A stretch of DNA of 64,000 nt. It comes from Nitrospirales bacterium (GTDB lineage Bacteria > Nitrospirota > Nitrospiria > Nitrospirales > UBA8639). The stretch lies in assembly GCA_963555755.3 (NCBI GenBank), contig OY820905.2, forward strand, positions 1,216,001-1,280,000, in the 5' to 3' direction. The position numbers were made by a program, and so were the translations under genes. The notes under the pieces were generated by a model that was given only the letters and a program-made list of their open reading frames with translations, ran no database searches and was not told the DNA's origin. Below, one piece after another: positions 41,676 through 51,861 of the stretch. Positions within the stretch are counted from its first letter, which is position 1, and each line of letters begins with the position of its first letter.

Positions 41676-43113
41676 GAGTCAAGCCCAAAGTTAGTTGAAA
41701 TTCTCCACGGCTCCGAGGTTCATATTAGGCAACCTTCTTCATCGAGGTCTTCCCAATGTTTAACTCTTGTTACCGTGCCTCACGCAAGCGTGGCAAGTGC
41801 CGATAGCCCTTGACTCTGCGGAGCCGTGGCTCGATATCCAGCAACGCCGCGGCCAACCACCGCTGCCGCTGATTCGAGTTCGTCCAGCGATCCACCTTGG
41901 CACACCGCTCTTCCACCAAGGCATTGATGGATTCCAGACAATTCGTCGTTTTGAAGGACAGACCTACCAGAGCAAACACCCCCAGCCGAGGCAACGTCAC
42001 CGTGTCCTCCAGACCTTCCGCCAAACTCCGAGCCGCCGATTGGTTGCGGTCCTCCAGTTCCGTCTGCAGGTGCGTGAGTGCGGCTCTCGCTTCCGCATAG
42101 GTCGGGCCTTGATACGCCCGTTGAAGCCGGCGTCGCCACGTGGCCTGGTCGCCTTTCGGTACATGGCTGACGACATTCTCCCGTTTGTGCCACTGGCACC
42201 GCTGCCCCAGGGCTGAGTGGCCAAAGGCGTGGCGCACGGCCGCTCGCAGGCCTTTGCCCCCATCAATGATGACCACCAACCCCTGGGAACTGGTGAGGCC
42301 GCGCTCCCCCAACTCCTGCAGAAAGGGCGTGAGGCCTTGCTCATTTTCCGTTCCCGTTTCCACAAACCCCAGGACGTGTTTCTCGCCCGTGAGCGTGATC
42401 CCGATCGCCACGACCATCGTCATGTCGGCAACGGTCTTGCCATCGAGAAAGATGGCGACGATGTCTCGCTCACGGCGGTCGCGTTCCTGCAGTCCCTTGA
42501 GTGGCTTGGCGCTGGCATCCGTAAAACTCCGCGACACCGTCGCGCTTGACAAGCCAATCGCCCCAGGGACTGCGGCCGCCGCCGCCTCATAGTTCCGGCA
42601 GGAAATCCCATACAGCACGCGTTTGAGCCGGACCTCATCCAGCTTACCTGTCCCACGGAGGTGGGGCAGGCGCTGTAAGGCCATTTCGCCACCCCCCACG
42701 TACTGAACGCGAGGAATCGGCAACGGATGCCGTTGCCCCGCCAGCCGGACACTCCCGGGATTACTCCCATGCCGGCGGCCAGGCAGCCGAGCCCCCTTCC
42801 GTTCATCCCGGGCCCCGGCCACCGCACACACTTCGTCCTCTAAGAGCTCCTGAATCCGCATCAGACCCAAGGGGATGAGGGCCTGAATACATTCCACCTT
42901 GCTGTTCACATCGAAGGCCTCATACTGCTCGGGCCGAATCACCCGCACGGCCCCCAAGCGGCGCGTCTTCTTGCTTCTCGTTGTCGTTTTCGCAATACTG
43001 CGCATGAAGTGGCTCCTTTTTTTCTGTTGCTGAGATGTCGATTCTTCGTCGAACGCCATCTCACCACAGGTGGGGGAGCCGCTTCAAATTTCAACTAACA
43101 TTAGCACACACTC
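41676..43113 (-). mobile_element. IS256-family element (second type), degenerating
   Basis: gagt-N10-gttagttgaaatt at both ends; flanks not duplicated. Confidence 0.85.
41770..43005 (-). pseudogene. IS256 transposase with many motif substitutions and a probable premature stop near the 3' end
   Basis: FLDGKT, IIDGGKGL, QRCQWHK and TTNCLES; EAR*QELNIG... Confidence 0.8.
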
Positions 43114-43926
43114 CATGCTGTGCGGTTACAATTGATTCCGTTCTTCGGCAAGAAGCCACTCAATGAAATTCTCCCAGAAGATGTGGAAACCTATCGCGCA
43201 CAAAGAATGCGTCGAGATGGACGAAAGCCCAGTCTTGGAACAATTAACAATGACCACATTATCCTCAAACATGTGTTTAGTGTGGCAGAACGGCGTGGGC
43301 TGGTGATGATTAACCCTGCCAAGAAAGTGCCGATTCCTGATACGAATAACGAACGTGATAGGGTATTAACTGAGGATGAGTGGCACAGGCTCTATGAGAC
43401 AGCAGCACCCCACATTCAGCCAATTCTTTTAATTGCCTACCGACTTGGCCCACGTCTCGGTGAGATTATGAAATTGACCTGGGATCGAGTGGACCTTAAA
43501 CGGGGGTTTATTAAGTTGCGGGGTGTGGATACGAAGACCAAAGAGCCGCGTCTGGTTCCGCTGACTGACGATACTCAAAAGTGTTTGGGCGAACTGGCTA
43601 AGGTGCGGAGTTTAACAACAAATCGTGTATTCTTGTACGATGGCAAGTCCATTGATGAGATCAAGCATGCGTTCAAAACCGCCTTAAAACGTGCTGGAAT
43701 CAAGGATTTCTGTTTTCATGACCTGCGACACTGTGCTGCTACTAATCTTAGACGGGCAGGAGTAGATACTGTTACTGCAATGAAGATTGTAGGGCACAAA
43801 TCTGAGAAGATGCACCGACGCTATAACAGTGTCAATGAAGACGATTTACTACGAGCCATTGCCAAAATTAACACCGTAATAACACCTGCCGTTTCTACCG
43901 ATTCCACGACCGCTGTAAGTGCTTGA
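43114..43926 (+). pseudogene. Tyrosine integrase lacking its N-terminus
   Basis: R.GEI..LTW, TKT, FHDLRH, VGH and RY motifs; begins at the IS256 boundary. Confidence 0.88.
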
Positions 43927-43931
43927 AATAT

Positions 43932-44008
43932 TGGTGCCCCCGAGACGATTTGAACGTCCGGCCTACGGTTTAGGAAACCGTCGCTCTATCCACCTGAGCT
44001 ACGGGGGC
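43932..44008 (-). tRNA. tRNA-Arg (anticodon CCT)
   Basis: gcccccgtagctcaggtggatagagc-acggtTTCCTAAaccgt-...gttcaaatc...gggggcacca; 77 nt with CCA end. Confidence 0.95.
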
Positions 44009-44226
44009 AAGCGATGTTATGTTCATATGAGGAAAAGAAAATTTCAGGGCTGAAGTTTACCGCAATGGCCAAGGGGAGACAACCAGGGTACAGATTTGAG
44101 ATGATCCCTTGGATCATGTGTCCAGGGGCTGGAACGGAATAACTGAAAAATCCCCCTTGCCCCCTTTTCCAAAGGGGGAAATAATGGATTTCCCTATTTT
44201 CGCTTGCCTGTACACGTAGCAATGAC

Positions 44227-44823
44227 ATGATGGCTCTTCCCAACATTCTAGTTTGTTTCATTTTTCTTATTTCGCTCAGTCCGGTCAACTTGGCACTTGC
44301 CGAAAACGCATGGTTTTCGCACAAGGTCAGCATTTCCAAAGGAGTGGGAACTGTCACTGCGGAGCTGAAACTGCTAGCTCCTCCGTCAACCACCTACAAG
44401 GTCCTTGCGGATTATGCGCATTGGCCGGACTTGTTTCCACGACATCCAGTGATCCTAAGTACTACACGCGATAACAATCGGGTACAAGTGGCTATGCAGG
44501 TTCCTGCCCAATATATACCTGTCAATCTTGCACTTGTGACCAGCACTCTGGAATCCCCACCCCACAGGTTAGAAACCACATTGGTGAAAGGGGATTTCGA
44601 CCGGTATGATTGGACGTGGGATCTATCGCGATCGTCTTCTGATAAAACAACCATCGCAACTTTAACACTTGTCGTTCAACCATCCATTTGGGTTCCTGAG
44701 TGGTTGTTACTGTGGCTCCTAGAGTCTGAAATCACCACACACTTTCACCTCTTGCGCGAACAGGTGTTGGCTCGCCATCAGGAGCAACAACGCAGCCAAA
44801 TCATTAAAGCAAATAGCCCATGA
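44227..44823 (+). CDS. SRPBCC/START-like exported protein
   Basis: Signal peptide; YKVLADYAHWPDLFP and KGDF. Confidence 0.7.
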   Translation: MMALPNILVCFIFLISLSPVNLALAENAWFSHKVSISKGVGTVTAELKLLAPPSTTYKVLADYAHWPDLFPRHPVILSTTRDNNRVQVAMQVPAQYIPVNLALVTSTLESPPHRLETTLVKGDFDRYDWTWDLSRSSSDKTTIATLTLVVQPSIWVPEWLLLWLLESEITTHFHLLREQVLARHQEQQRSQIIKANSP

Positions 44824-45836
44824 AACGTATTTCGAATCCGCAGAATCCGTTTCTCTCGGCTCAGCGGGAACTCCTCGAACCCGCGCCACAAATCACACCC
44901 GAAGTCTACGAGGAGGAAACGGGCTCAATCCTCAGCCGTAACGACAGCCCCGACCTACCGTTTCGTTGGAGCGTCAATCCGTATCGAGGGTGCTTTCATG
45001 CCTGTGCATATTGTTATGCGCGCCCCAGCCACGAATATTGGGGCTTTGGCGCAGGCACGGATTTCGAATCCAAACTCATCGTGAAACCCAATGCCGCTGA
45101 AGCATTACGTGCGGCGTTCATGGAACGGTCGTGGAAAGGTGAACTCATCGTCTTTTCCGGAAACACCGATTGCTACCAACCATTAGAGGCGACGCATGAA
45201 CTCACTCGCTCATGCCTTGCCGTGTGCGCGGAGTTTCGCAATCCTGTGACTATTATTACCAAGTCTGCACTTATTCAGCGGGACTTGGATATTCTCAAAA
45301 CCTTGAACAAACATGCGTGGCTGCGCGTCTACTTCAGCATTCCTTTTGCCGATAATGACACGGCACGCAAGGTGGAACCTCAGACTCCATCGATCACCAA
45401 ACGCTTTGAGGCCATGACCCACTTGGCGCAAGCGGGAATTTCCACGCACGTGTTTATCGCGCCGGTCATCCCGGGACTCAATGAACACGACATTCCCGCG
45501 ATTCTTCATCGAGCCCGAGAAGCCGGGGCCCTCGATGCTTCCTATATTCTTCTTCGGTTGAATGGAAGCGTGAAATCGGTGTTTCTTGAACGCATGGCTC
45601 AAGCCTTTCCGGATCGGATCAAAAAAATCCTCAACCGTTTACAAGAGGTTCGAGGCGGCGATGTGTCCGAGAAACGGTTTTTCACACGTCATCAGGGACA
45701 AGGCTCCACCTGGGATGCCATTCGACAATCGTTTGACATAGCGTATCGAAAGGCCGGGTTCCCGCTTGAACCCGATCAGCCCATCCCTCACACCTTCGCC
45801 AGGCCCGGGCAACCGCAGCAACAGTCGCTGTTCTAA
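44820..45836 (+). CDS. Radical SAM protein, PA0069/Rv2578c (SplB-like) family
   Basis: NPYRGCFHACAYCYARP, DFESK, TDCYQP and terminal QQSLF. Confidence 0.9.
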   Translation: MKRISNPQNPFLSAQRELLEPAPQITPEVYEEETGSILSRNDSPDLPFRWSVNPYRGCFHACAYCYARPSHEYWGFGAGTDFESKLIVKPNAAEALRAAFMERSWKGELIVFSGNTDCYQPLEATHELTRSCLAVCAEFRNPVTIITKSALIQRDLDILKTLNKHAWLRVYFSIPFADNDTARKVEPQTPSITKRFEAMTHLAQAGISTHVFIAPVIPGLNEHDIPAILHRAREAGALDASYILLRLNGSVKSVFLERMAQAFPDRIKKILNRLQEVRGGDVSEKRFFTRHQGQGSTWDAIRQSFDIAYRKAGFPLEPDQPIPHTFARPGQPQQQSLF

Positions 45837-45993
45837 CCTAGAAACGGCAGTTGGGCACCCAACTGCCATTTCTAGGTTTAAGCCCGACTTGTCTCAACAC
45901 CTTCTGAACAATTATCCTGGCTGTTCCGTTGACATCGGGCATATTGAATGCTCCACACGACAAAGACTGATCGCACCGAGGAAAAGAAAGGAC

Positions 45994-47229
45994 ATGTTCA
46001 TGGCTATGAATAAATGGGTTGAGACAATGTGCTTCTGCGGGATTCTCCTGATCGGACTGGCAGGCTGCGAAGACGCCAGGACTCCGTGGGAAATGCACAT
46101 GGACAGTGGTGAATTGCGGATGCAGCAGAATCGTTTCCAGGAAGCCGAAGACGAATTGAAGGCCGCCCTCCAAGAGGCTGAGAAATTCGGCGAACAGGAT
46201 AACCGCCTTCCGGAAACCCTCACGAAACTCGCCCTCCTCTACGACGTCCAAGGACAGTACGACAAAGCCGAACCGCTTCTCGCTCGAGCCGTCGATCTGC
46301 ACAAAAAAACCCTCGAACCCAACGATCCTGAACTCGCCATCAGCTTGAGCAATTTGGGGGCCTTGTATCACGCGACAAAACAATTTGACAAAGCCAAACC
46401 ATTGTTTCTAGAAGCGCTCAAGATACGAGAAGAAGCGCTGGGCAAAGACCATCTCGACGTCGTGGTGGATCTCAAGAACCTGGCTGGGCTCCACGCCTCT
46501 CAAGAACAATATGAACAAGCCGAACCCTATCTCACCCGGGCCTTAGCGATTACCGAAAACAAAGTGGGGAAGGAGGACCCGGTGCTTGTGGAAAGTTTGA
46601 ACAACCTGGCGTTACTCTACCGCGCTCAAGAGCGTTACGACCAGGCCGTGCCCCTCCTTGAACGAGCCATCGCGATCAATGATCAAGCCTACGGATCGGA
46701 AAGCCCTGGCTTGGTGGGCAGCCTTAACAATCTTGCGCTCATCCACATCATCCAAAAAGCCTACAGCAAAGCGGAAATCCATCTCAAACGGGTTGTCAGT
46801 ATCACCGAAGTGTCATATGGACCTGACAATCCTCGTCTCGCATCAGGACTCACGAACTTGGCGGACCTGTATCGAATCAGGAGCCAATTCGATAAAGCGA
46901 TTGCTCTTCTCGAACGGGCACTGAAAATTAATGAAGAAAAATTTGGCTCCGAGGACCCCAAGGTCGCCAATCTATTGAACAATCTAGCTCTCCTCCATTT
47001 TAACCAAGACAGCTACGACAAGGCGGAGCCCCTCATGCAACGGGCCCTGGCAATCAATGAAAAAGCATTGGGCGAAGAGCATCCAACCGTAGCTCGAACC
47101 CTCAAGAACTACGCGGCACTCCTTCGACAAACCAAGCGCGCCACCCAAGCCGACGAACTTGCTGCCCGAGCCAAAGCCATTCAGAAGAAACAGGAGCAAT
47201 CCCAAGAAAACGTGAAGCGTGAACCGTGA
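45994..47229 (+). CDS. TPR-repeat lipoprotein (42-aa kinesin-light-chain-type repeats)
   Basis: LAGC lipobox; repeated SLNNLA.LY...Y.KAEPL. Confidence 0.9.
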   Translation: MFMAMNKWVETMCFCGILLIGLAGCEDARTPWEMHMDSGELRMQQNRFQEAEDELKAALQEAEKFGEQDNRLPETLTKLALLYDVQGQYDKAEPLLARAVDLHKKTLEPNDPELAISLSNLGALYHATKQFDKAKPLFLEALKIREEALGKDHLDVVVDLKNLAGLHASQEQYEQAEPYLTRALAITENKVGKEDPVLVESLNNLALLYRAQERYDQAVPLLERAIAINDQAYGSESPGLVGSLNNLALIHIIQKAYSKAEIHLKRVVSITEVSYGPDNPRLASGLTNLADLYRIRSQFDKAIALLERALKINEEKFGSEDPKVANLLNNLALLHFNQDSYDKAEPLMQRALAINEKALGEEHPTVARTLKNYAALLRQTKRATQADELAARAKAIQKKQEQSQENVKREP

Positions 47230-47340
47230 TACGTGAAGCGAATTGGAAAAAGTAATGGGTAAGTGACCGGTAAGGGGAAGAACCTTTCTTTCTTTCCTTA
47301 TTATCCATACCTCCCTACTCATCACGTATGACGCATCACG
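47211..47340. repeat. Inverted heptamer arrays (CGTGAAG-like / CATCACG-like)
   Basis: cgtgaagcgtgaaccgtgatacgtgaagcg and catcacgtatgacgcatcacg. Confidence 0.65.
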
Positions 47341-47424
47341 AATTAAGGTCTTGCCACAAGGCTGGCAAACACCGACAATGGAAAAAGGGAATGACGTTGC
47401 AGGAGCTGAATCGGACAGGAGATC

Positions 47425-47811
47425 ATGGAAAACGCCTTACGAATGACCATCATATTAGTGTGGTGCATGTTTTTCGGGTTCTTCTCCGTCTTGGGATATC
47501 TCGATGAAACCCTGGCGCAACAGAGAAAGGCCGTCATTCTCGGGGGATTGCTCCTGATCCTCGCCGCCTACCTCGCCTTTGAATGGTTCACCCGCAGCAA
47601 GGAACCTGACATCACCAAAGAAGGGTTGGTCGCAGAAAAGGGAAAGGAGAACACGGTAAAAAAAGACCCGCGTTCCCAATTAGATGAACGAGTACTCCGG
47701 CGCTTGCACCTGTTTACGAAAGACAATGAGCAGGAATTGAAGGCCGCAATCACTCCCGACGCTCCCAAGAAACGAAAAAATCCCGCGATCTCCACACCAA
47801 AAAAAGTGTAA
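47425..47811 (+). CDS. Hypothetical two-TM membrane protein
   Basis: GGAG RBS; two hydrophobic segments. Confidence 0.65.
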   Translation: MENALRMTIILVWCMFFGFFSVLGYLDETLAQQRKAVILGGLLLILAAYLAFEWFTRSKEPDITKEGLVAEKGKENTVKKDPRSQLDERVLRRLHLFTKDNEQELKAAITPDAPKKRKNPAISTPKKV

Positions 47812-48040
47812 CTCAGGTGGATAGACTGAAGGCCAAAGGCTTTTAGGGGGCAATCATGCGTGATCATACAAAACGTCAGGCATAATGAGTCATAGCCTTC
47901 AGTCTTTAGCCTTTAGACTTCAGTCTTTAGCCTTCAGCCTTCAGCCTTCAGTCTTTAGCCTTCAGCCTTTAGCCTTCAGTCTTCAGCCTTTAGCCTTCAG
48001 CCTTCAGCCTTCAGCCTTCAGCCTTCAGCCTAAATACCTG
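47808..48040 (+). repeat. Four-helix-bundle cassette remnant with ~19-20 tandem AGCCTTC-type heptamers
   Basis: MRDHTK start at 47856; heptamer tract 47894-48031; homologous to 60036-60220. Confidence 0.75.
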
Positions 48041-48058
48041 TACCAATACTCGCTGACG

Positions 48059-50068
48059 CTACTCCATTGATGATGCCGCAAGCCCTTTGAGGGACAGGGC
48101 GCGCTTGGGAGCACGAGCAAGCGCCAAATCAAACTGCGCCCTCGCCGAGTTAATTCTTCCAGACTCCAACAACTGTTCTCCATACAATTCATGCACGGGT
48201 TTCACGGGAAACGGCGGACCATAATCAAAGGGAAGAGTATCCGCCATCGTCGTGGCTTCCTTCAATAACCTCAAGCTTTGCTCCACCTTTCCCTCGGCAG
48301 CAAGGAGTAAGGCTGATAATTGTTTTTTCATCACCAGTGCCGGCAATACCTGCGATGGGGAACGGGTTCCTGTTGCTGAGTGAATGTGATCGCGAAGTTT
48401 GGCAACAGCACTTCGGGCAATGTCCATGCTGCCGGTTTTCACCCCACTCAGTCCCATGGCAAAGAGTTCACTCGTCACTGCGGAAAAACGAAGTCCCGCA
48501 CGGTCTTCCTCTAATCCACTCACATCCCACTGCTGAGTCTCCACAATAAACGTCCCACGCATCGCCGCTAGGTAGCCCTTCACAAACCGTGACTCCACCT
48601 GCGCCGCATCGTCTCTCACCATGTCCAACAACCGCTTCGCGTCGGCAACCCGTCCTTGCTGGAGATAGGCGTACATCAACCAATACACGGTATGATAGGA
48701 CCGCTCGCCAACTCCCAAACTTTTTTGCTTGCGTCGCGTCTCACTCGCCGCCCAACTGATTTCATTCGCCGTGATGACCTCATCCCACATACCCAAGGCC
48801 ATGAAAATATGCGAGGGCATGTGTTGGGCATGCGGGGCAGCCGTCGCAATCTTCGCATACGTCCGAGCCGCGCGAAGACCCAAATAGGCATGCTCGGGGT
48901 CATCGTACGCATGAATCATGTAATGCACGGCCCCGGGATGCCGAGGGTTCCGTTGGAACACGGACTCGGCAATCGACGCGGCTTCCAAATACGTCTTGGC
49001 ATCACGTTCACCCTGCGCGGTTCCTAATAAAGCCAGCGCGTAAAAAGCTGCGGCATCAAGGTCATGAGGATAGCGGTCACTGAGGACACGCATCTGGTCC
49101 GCATACGTGCGATCCCGATCTACTTTTTTACCTTCCCCATACAGCGCGTGCATCGCATGCAGATATCCCTGTTCACGATCCGTAGGAGCTTTGGCGATCC
49201 GCTCTTCATCGCTCGATCCCAGTCGAGCCAGCACCTCTCGGGCCTGATCGAAATATTGATCACCCCACAGGGGATGATTGAACGTCATGGCCTCACCCCA
49301 GTAGGCCATCACAAAATCGTGATCGATCTTCTGTGCGCGCTGAAACGCGACTTGCGCATCGTCATATTCAAAATTGTGTAGCAACAGCACACCTCGAAGA
49401 AAATGGCGTTGCGCCTTGGGAGAACCTGACGTGGGAAAATGTATTTCGCCAAGCATGGGCACAGGCAGTTTGGATTGTTTGGGATGAGGCCGATTCACAT
49501 CCGGGCGCGGATCCGGCACAAACCCATCCCGATGGAGCATCCGCACTGTCGGAAGCATGTCTTGGTTGAGCACCGCGTCCTGTTCAATAAGACCGTTGCG
49601 AAACAACAACCACGCCACCACTGAATAAATCTGGTCCGGACTCATTGACTGTGGTGCCGTAAATGGCATGGCCCGATTGATGTAATCAAACAGCGTCGTG
49701 GCATATGGCCAATGACTGCCAATGGTTTTAATAGGATGACTCGTAGCCAACGTGCCCTGCCCGCCGACCAACTTGGGCATGGGCCCTTCCACGCCAGTGG
49801 CCCCATGACAACTCGCACAATGTTCGGCAAACACCTGAGCGCCTTCCTCAACCGTCCCTCTACCAACCGGCAACCCCTCGCCATCTGGCCCCACATCAAT
49901 ATCCCAGGCGTTGACCTCCTCATCCGTCGCCACACGCCCAAGATGAAAGGACTCGCGCTCTTCTCCACTCCACACCACAGCCAATGGACTTCCGCCCAGA
50001 AAAAGAGAAATGAGAAAAAGATTTAGGAGAACGTGAGCCATCAAACGTCTACCTGCCAAAAAATTCAT
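48059..50068 (-). CDS. SoxD/SorB-like monoheme cytochrome c fused to a TPR-domain protein
   Basis: AWDIDV, CASCH, WPYATTLFDYINRAMP and PDPRPD, then TPR region (HNFEY, HPGAVHY, HMPSHI). Confidence 0.82.
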   Translation of the reverse strand: MNFLAGRRLMAHVLLNLFLISLFLGGSPLAVVWSGEERESFHLGRVATDEEVNAWDIDVGPDGEGLPVGRGTVEEGAQVFAEHCASCHGATGVEGPMPKLVGGQGTLATSHPIKTIGSHWPYATTLFDYINRAMPFTAPQSMSPDQIYSVVAWLLFRNGLIEQDAVLNQDMLPTVRMLHRDGFVPDPRPDVNRPHPKQSKLPVPMLGEIHFPTSGSPKAQRHFLRGVLLLHNFEYDDAQVAFQRAQKIDHDFVMAYWGEAMTFNHPLWGDQYFDQAREVLARLGSSDEERIAKAPTDREQGYLHAMHALYGEGKKVDRDRTYADQMRVLSDRYPHDLDAAAFYALALLGTAQGERDAKTYLEAASIAESVFQRNPRHPGAVHYMIHAYDDPEHAYLGLRAARTYAKIATAAPHAQHMPSHIFMALGMWDEVITANEISWAASETRRKQKSLGVGERSYHTVYWLMYAYLQQGRVADAKRLLDMVRDDAAQVESRFVKGYLAAMRGTFIVETQQWDVSGLEEDRAGLRFSAVTSELFAMGLSGVKTGSMDIARSAVAKLRDHIHSATGTRSPSQVLPALVMKKQLSALLLAAEGKVEQSLRLLKEATTMADTLPFDYGPPFPVKPVHELYGEQLLESGRINSARAQFDLALARAPKRALSLKGLAASSME

Positions 50069-50322
50069 AGGGCACTTCTTGCCTCCTCGCCCCTGTGGGG
50101 AGAGGATTGAGGTGAGGGGTTTCTTTCTCTTCCCCTACGCCCCATCCCTGTAGCCACACCATCTACTGTCGCCTACCCAGAACCAGCACATGGCTCCGCC
50201 GAGCCTCCTTCGCCGAAGTAGCACGAAGGCTGAGAGCGGCTCCGCGTTTTCGCGCCGGAGCGCTTCAACGCCCAGGCGCGCAGGCGAGTGAGATCTGCAG
50301 CCACAGAAGAGAGAACTATATA

Positions 50323-50463
50323 GGGCACCTCTAAAAACCAGGCATTTTTTGTGAGGGCAAGGAAGCCGCGCGCGGAAAACCGGAGTGTATGGGCGAATAC
50401 ATGAGGATTTGAGCACGCGGCTGACGCCGCCATCACGGAAAAGGACGGTTTTTAGAGGTGCCC
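50323..50463 (+). mobile_element. MITE family B, TSD TATA
   Basis: Identical to the 23174 copy. Confidence 0.9.
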
Positions 50464-50570
50464 TATACACCATACCCTACGATTTCTTCATACACGAGCA
50501 CTTTTGCAATCATGCCCCCCCTTTGACAAATGGAGAGGATACAAAGGGGGAGCAGGAGATGGGGAACCGC

Positions 50571-51842
50571 TTACACCTGCACATTGCGCACATTTCCGTC
50601 TTCGTGAATCTTCCAGCTTTGGATGGCATTATTGTGGTAGTAGGAGTTGGTGCCACGGGCGTTGATTAACGTTTGCAGCGTGGGTTGCTGATATCCAGTC
50701 TCGTCTGTACAGCGGCTTTGGAGTATGGCTTCTTGGCCTTCCCAATGCCAGGAAATTCGAAACCGCGTGTGGCATCTAGGTAAAATGGGATTTTGTAATT
50801 CTGCTTCTTGCCAGGTTTGTCCGCCATCAACACTCACTTCGACTTTTTCGACTCGTCCACGCCCGCTCCAGGCTAATCCTCGAATTTCAACAAATCCGGA
50901 AGCCTTCAACCGGTGTCCGCCGGATGGACTGGTGATCACCGATTTCGCCTCCATCTCGAAAGTGAATTGACGCGCGGTGCCATCGGGCATCAAGTCAGTG
51001 TACTTGGAGGTTTCTTCACGAGTCATCAATGGTGCCGACACTAGTTTTAAGCGGCGCAACCATTTGATACAGGTATTGCCTTCCCACCCTGGTAACAACA
51101 ACCGAAGCGGGTAGCCTTGCTCTGGCCGGAGCGGCTCCCCGTTTTGCGCATAGCACAACAACGCGTTATCCCAAACCCGGTCCAACGGGATGCTCCGTGT
51201 CATTGCGGCAGCATCGCTCCCTTCGGCTAACATCCATGTGGCTTCGGGTTTGAGATGGGCTTCGTGTAACACCGTTGAAAGCCAAACCCCGGTCCATTCG
51301 CTGGTGCTGGTCAATCCGTGGATTTCTTGTACGGTTTTCCCCTTGGGGCCTTTCCATTCTTTGCCACTGTTCCCGGAGCACTCCACAAAGGCAATCCGTG
51401 AGGTCGCGGGAAACCGTTTCAACTCATCCATCGTAAAAATTAAAGGATGCTCCACCAACCCATGAACCAACAGACGATGGCGGGAAGGATCGATGAGTGG
51501 CACACCATTGTGATGGCGTTCAAAATGTAGAGCCGACGGCGTGATGATGCCCTGCAAGTCTTGCAAGGGAGTTCGAGACCGTTGAGGCTTTGTTAATCTC
51601 TTGGCCTGTTCAAACCGCGACCGGGAACCATAGACCGTAGCCAGTGCACCCGGCACCTTGGTGGGATCGCCCGGCACATCTAGGGCTCGACCGGAAGGCG
51701 GACTCAATAACAAGTTCGCCGCGGCCATCCCCAGCACGGATGTGGCACCGACGAGAAAGGCCCGGCGATTTGGTGGGTCTTTGTGCCGGATTGTTACATC
51801 AGCCCTGCCGTCTTCGGGCCTATGTTCAGATTCTTCACTCAT
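50571..51842 (-). CDS. soxC: Sulfite dehydrogenase molybdopterin subunit (SoxC/SorA-like), Tat-exported
   Basis: RRAFL Tat motif; LHFERHH, ECSGN, EQGYPLRL, KWLRR and GLAWSG. Confidence 0.9.
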   Translation of the reverse strand: MSEESEHRPEDGRADVTIRHKDPPNRRAFLVGATSVLGMAAANLLLSPPSGRALDVPGDPTKVPGALATVYGSRSRFEQAKRLTKPQRSRTPLQDLQGIITPSALHFERHHNGVPLIDPSRHRLLVHGLVEHPLIFTMDELKRFPATSRIAFVECSGNSGKEWKGPKGKTVQEIHGLTSTSEWTGVWLSTVLHEAHLKPEATWMLAEGSDAAAMTRSIPLDRVWDNALLCYAQNGEPLRPEQGYPLRLLLPGWEGNTCIKWLRRLKLVSAPLMTREETSKYTDLMPDGTARQFTFEMEAKSVITSPSGGHRLKASGFVEIRGLAWSGRGRVEKVEVSVDGGQTWQEAELQNPILPRCHTRFRISWHWEGQEAILQSRCTDETGYQQPTLQTLINARGTNSYYHNNAIQSWKIHEDGNVRNVQV

Positions 51843-51861
51843 GGCTTTTTCCCATTACTAG

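Larger units (their letters stand above)
38942..43981. mobile_element. Degraded ~5-kb integrative island at tRNA-Arg(CCT)
   Basis: Bounded by att direct repeats; tyrosine integrase next to the tRNA; AT-rich cargo. Confidence 0.88.

Noticed and set aside
47894..48031. CRISPR array
   Set aside because: Contiguous 7-mers without unique spacers; no cas genes in the window.
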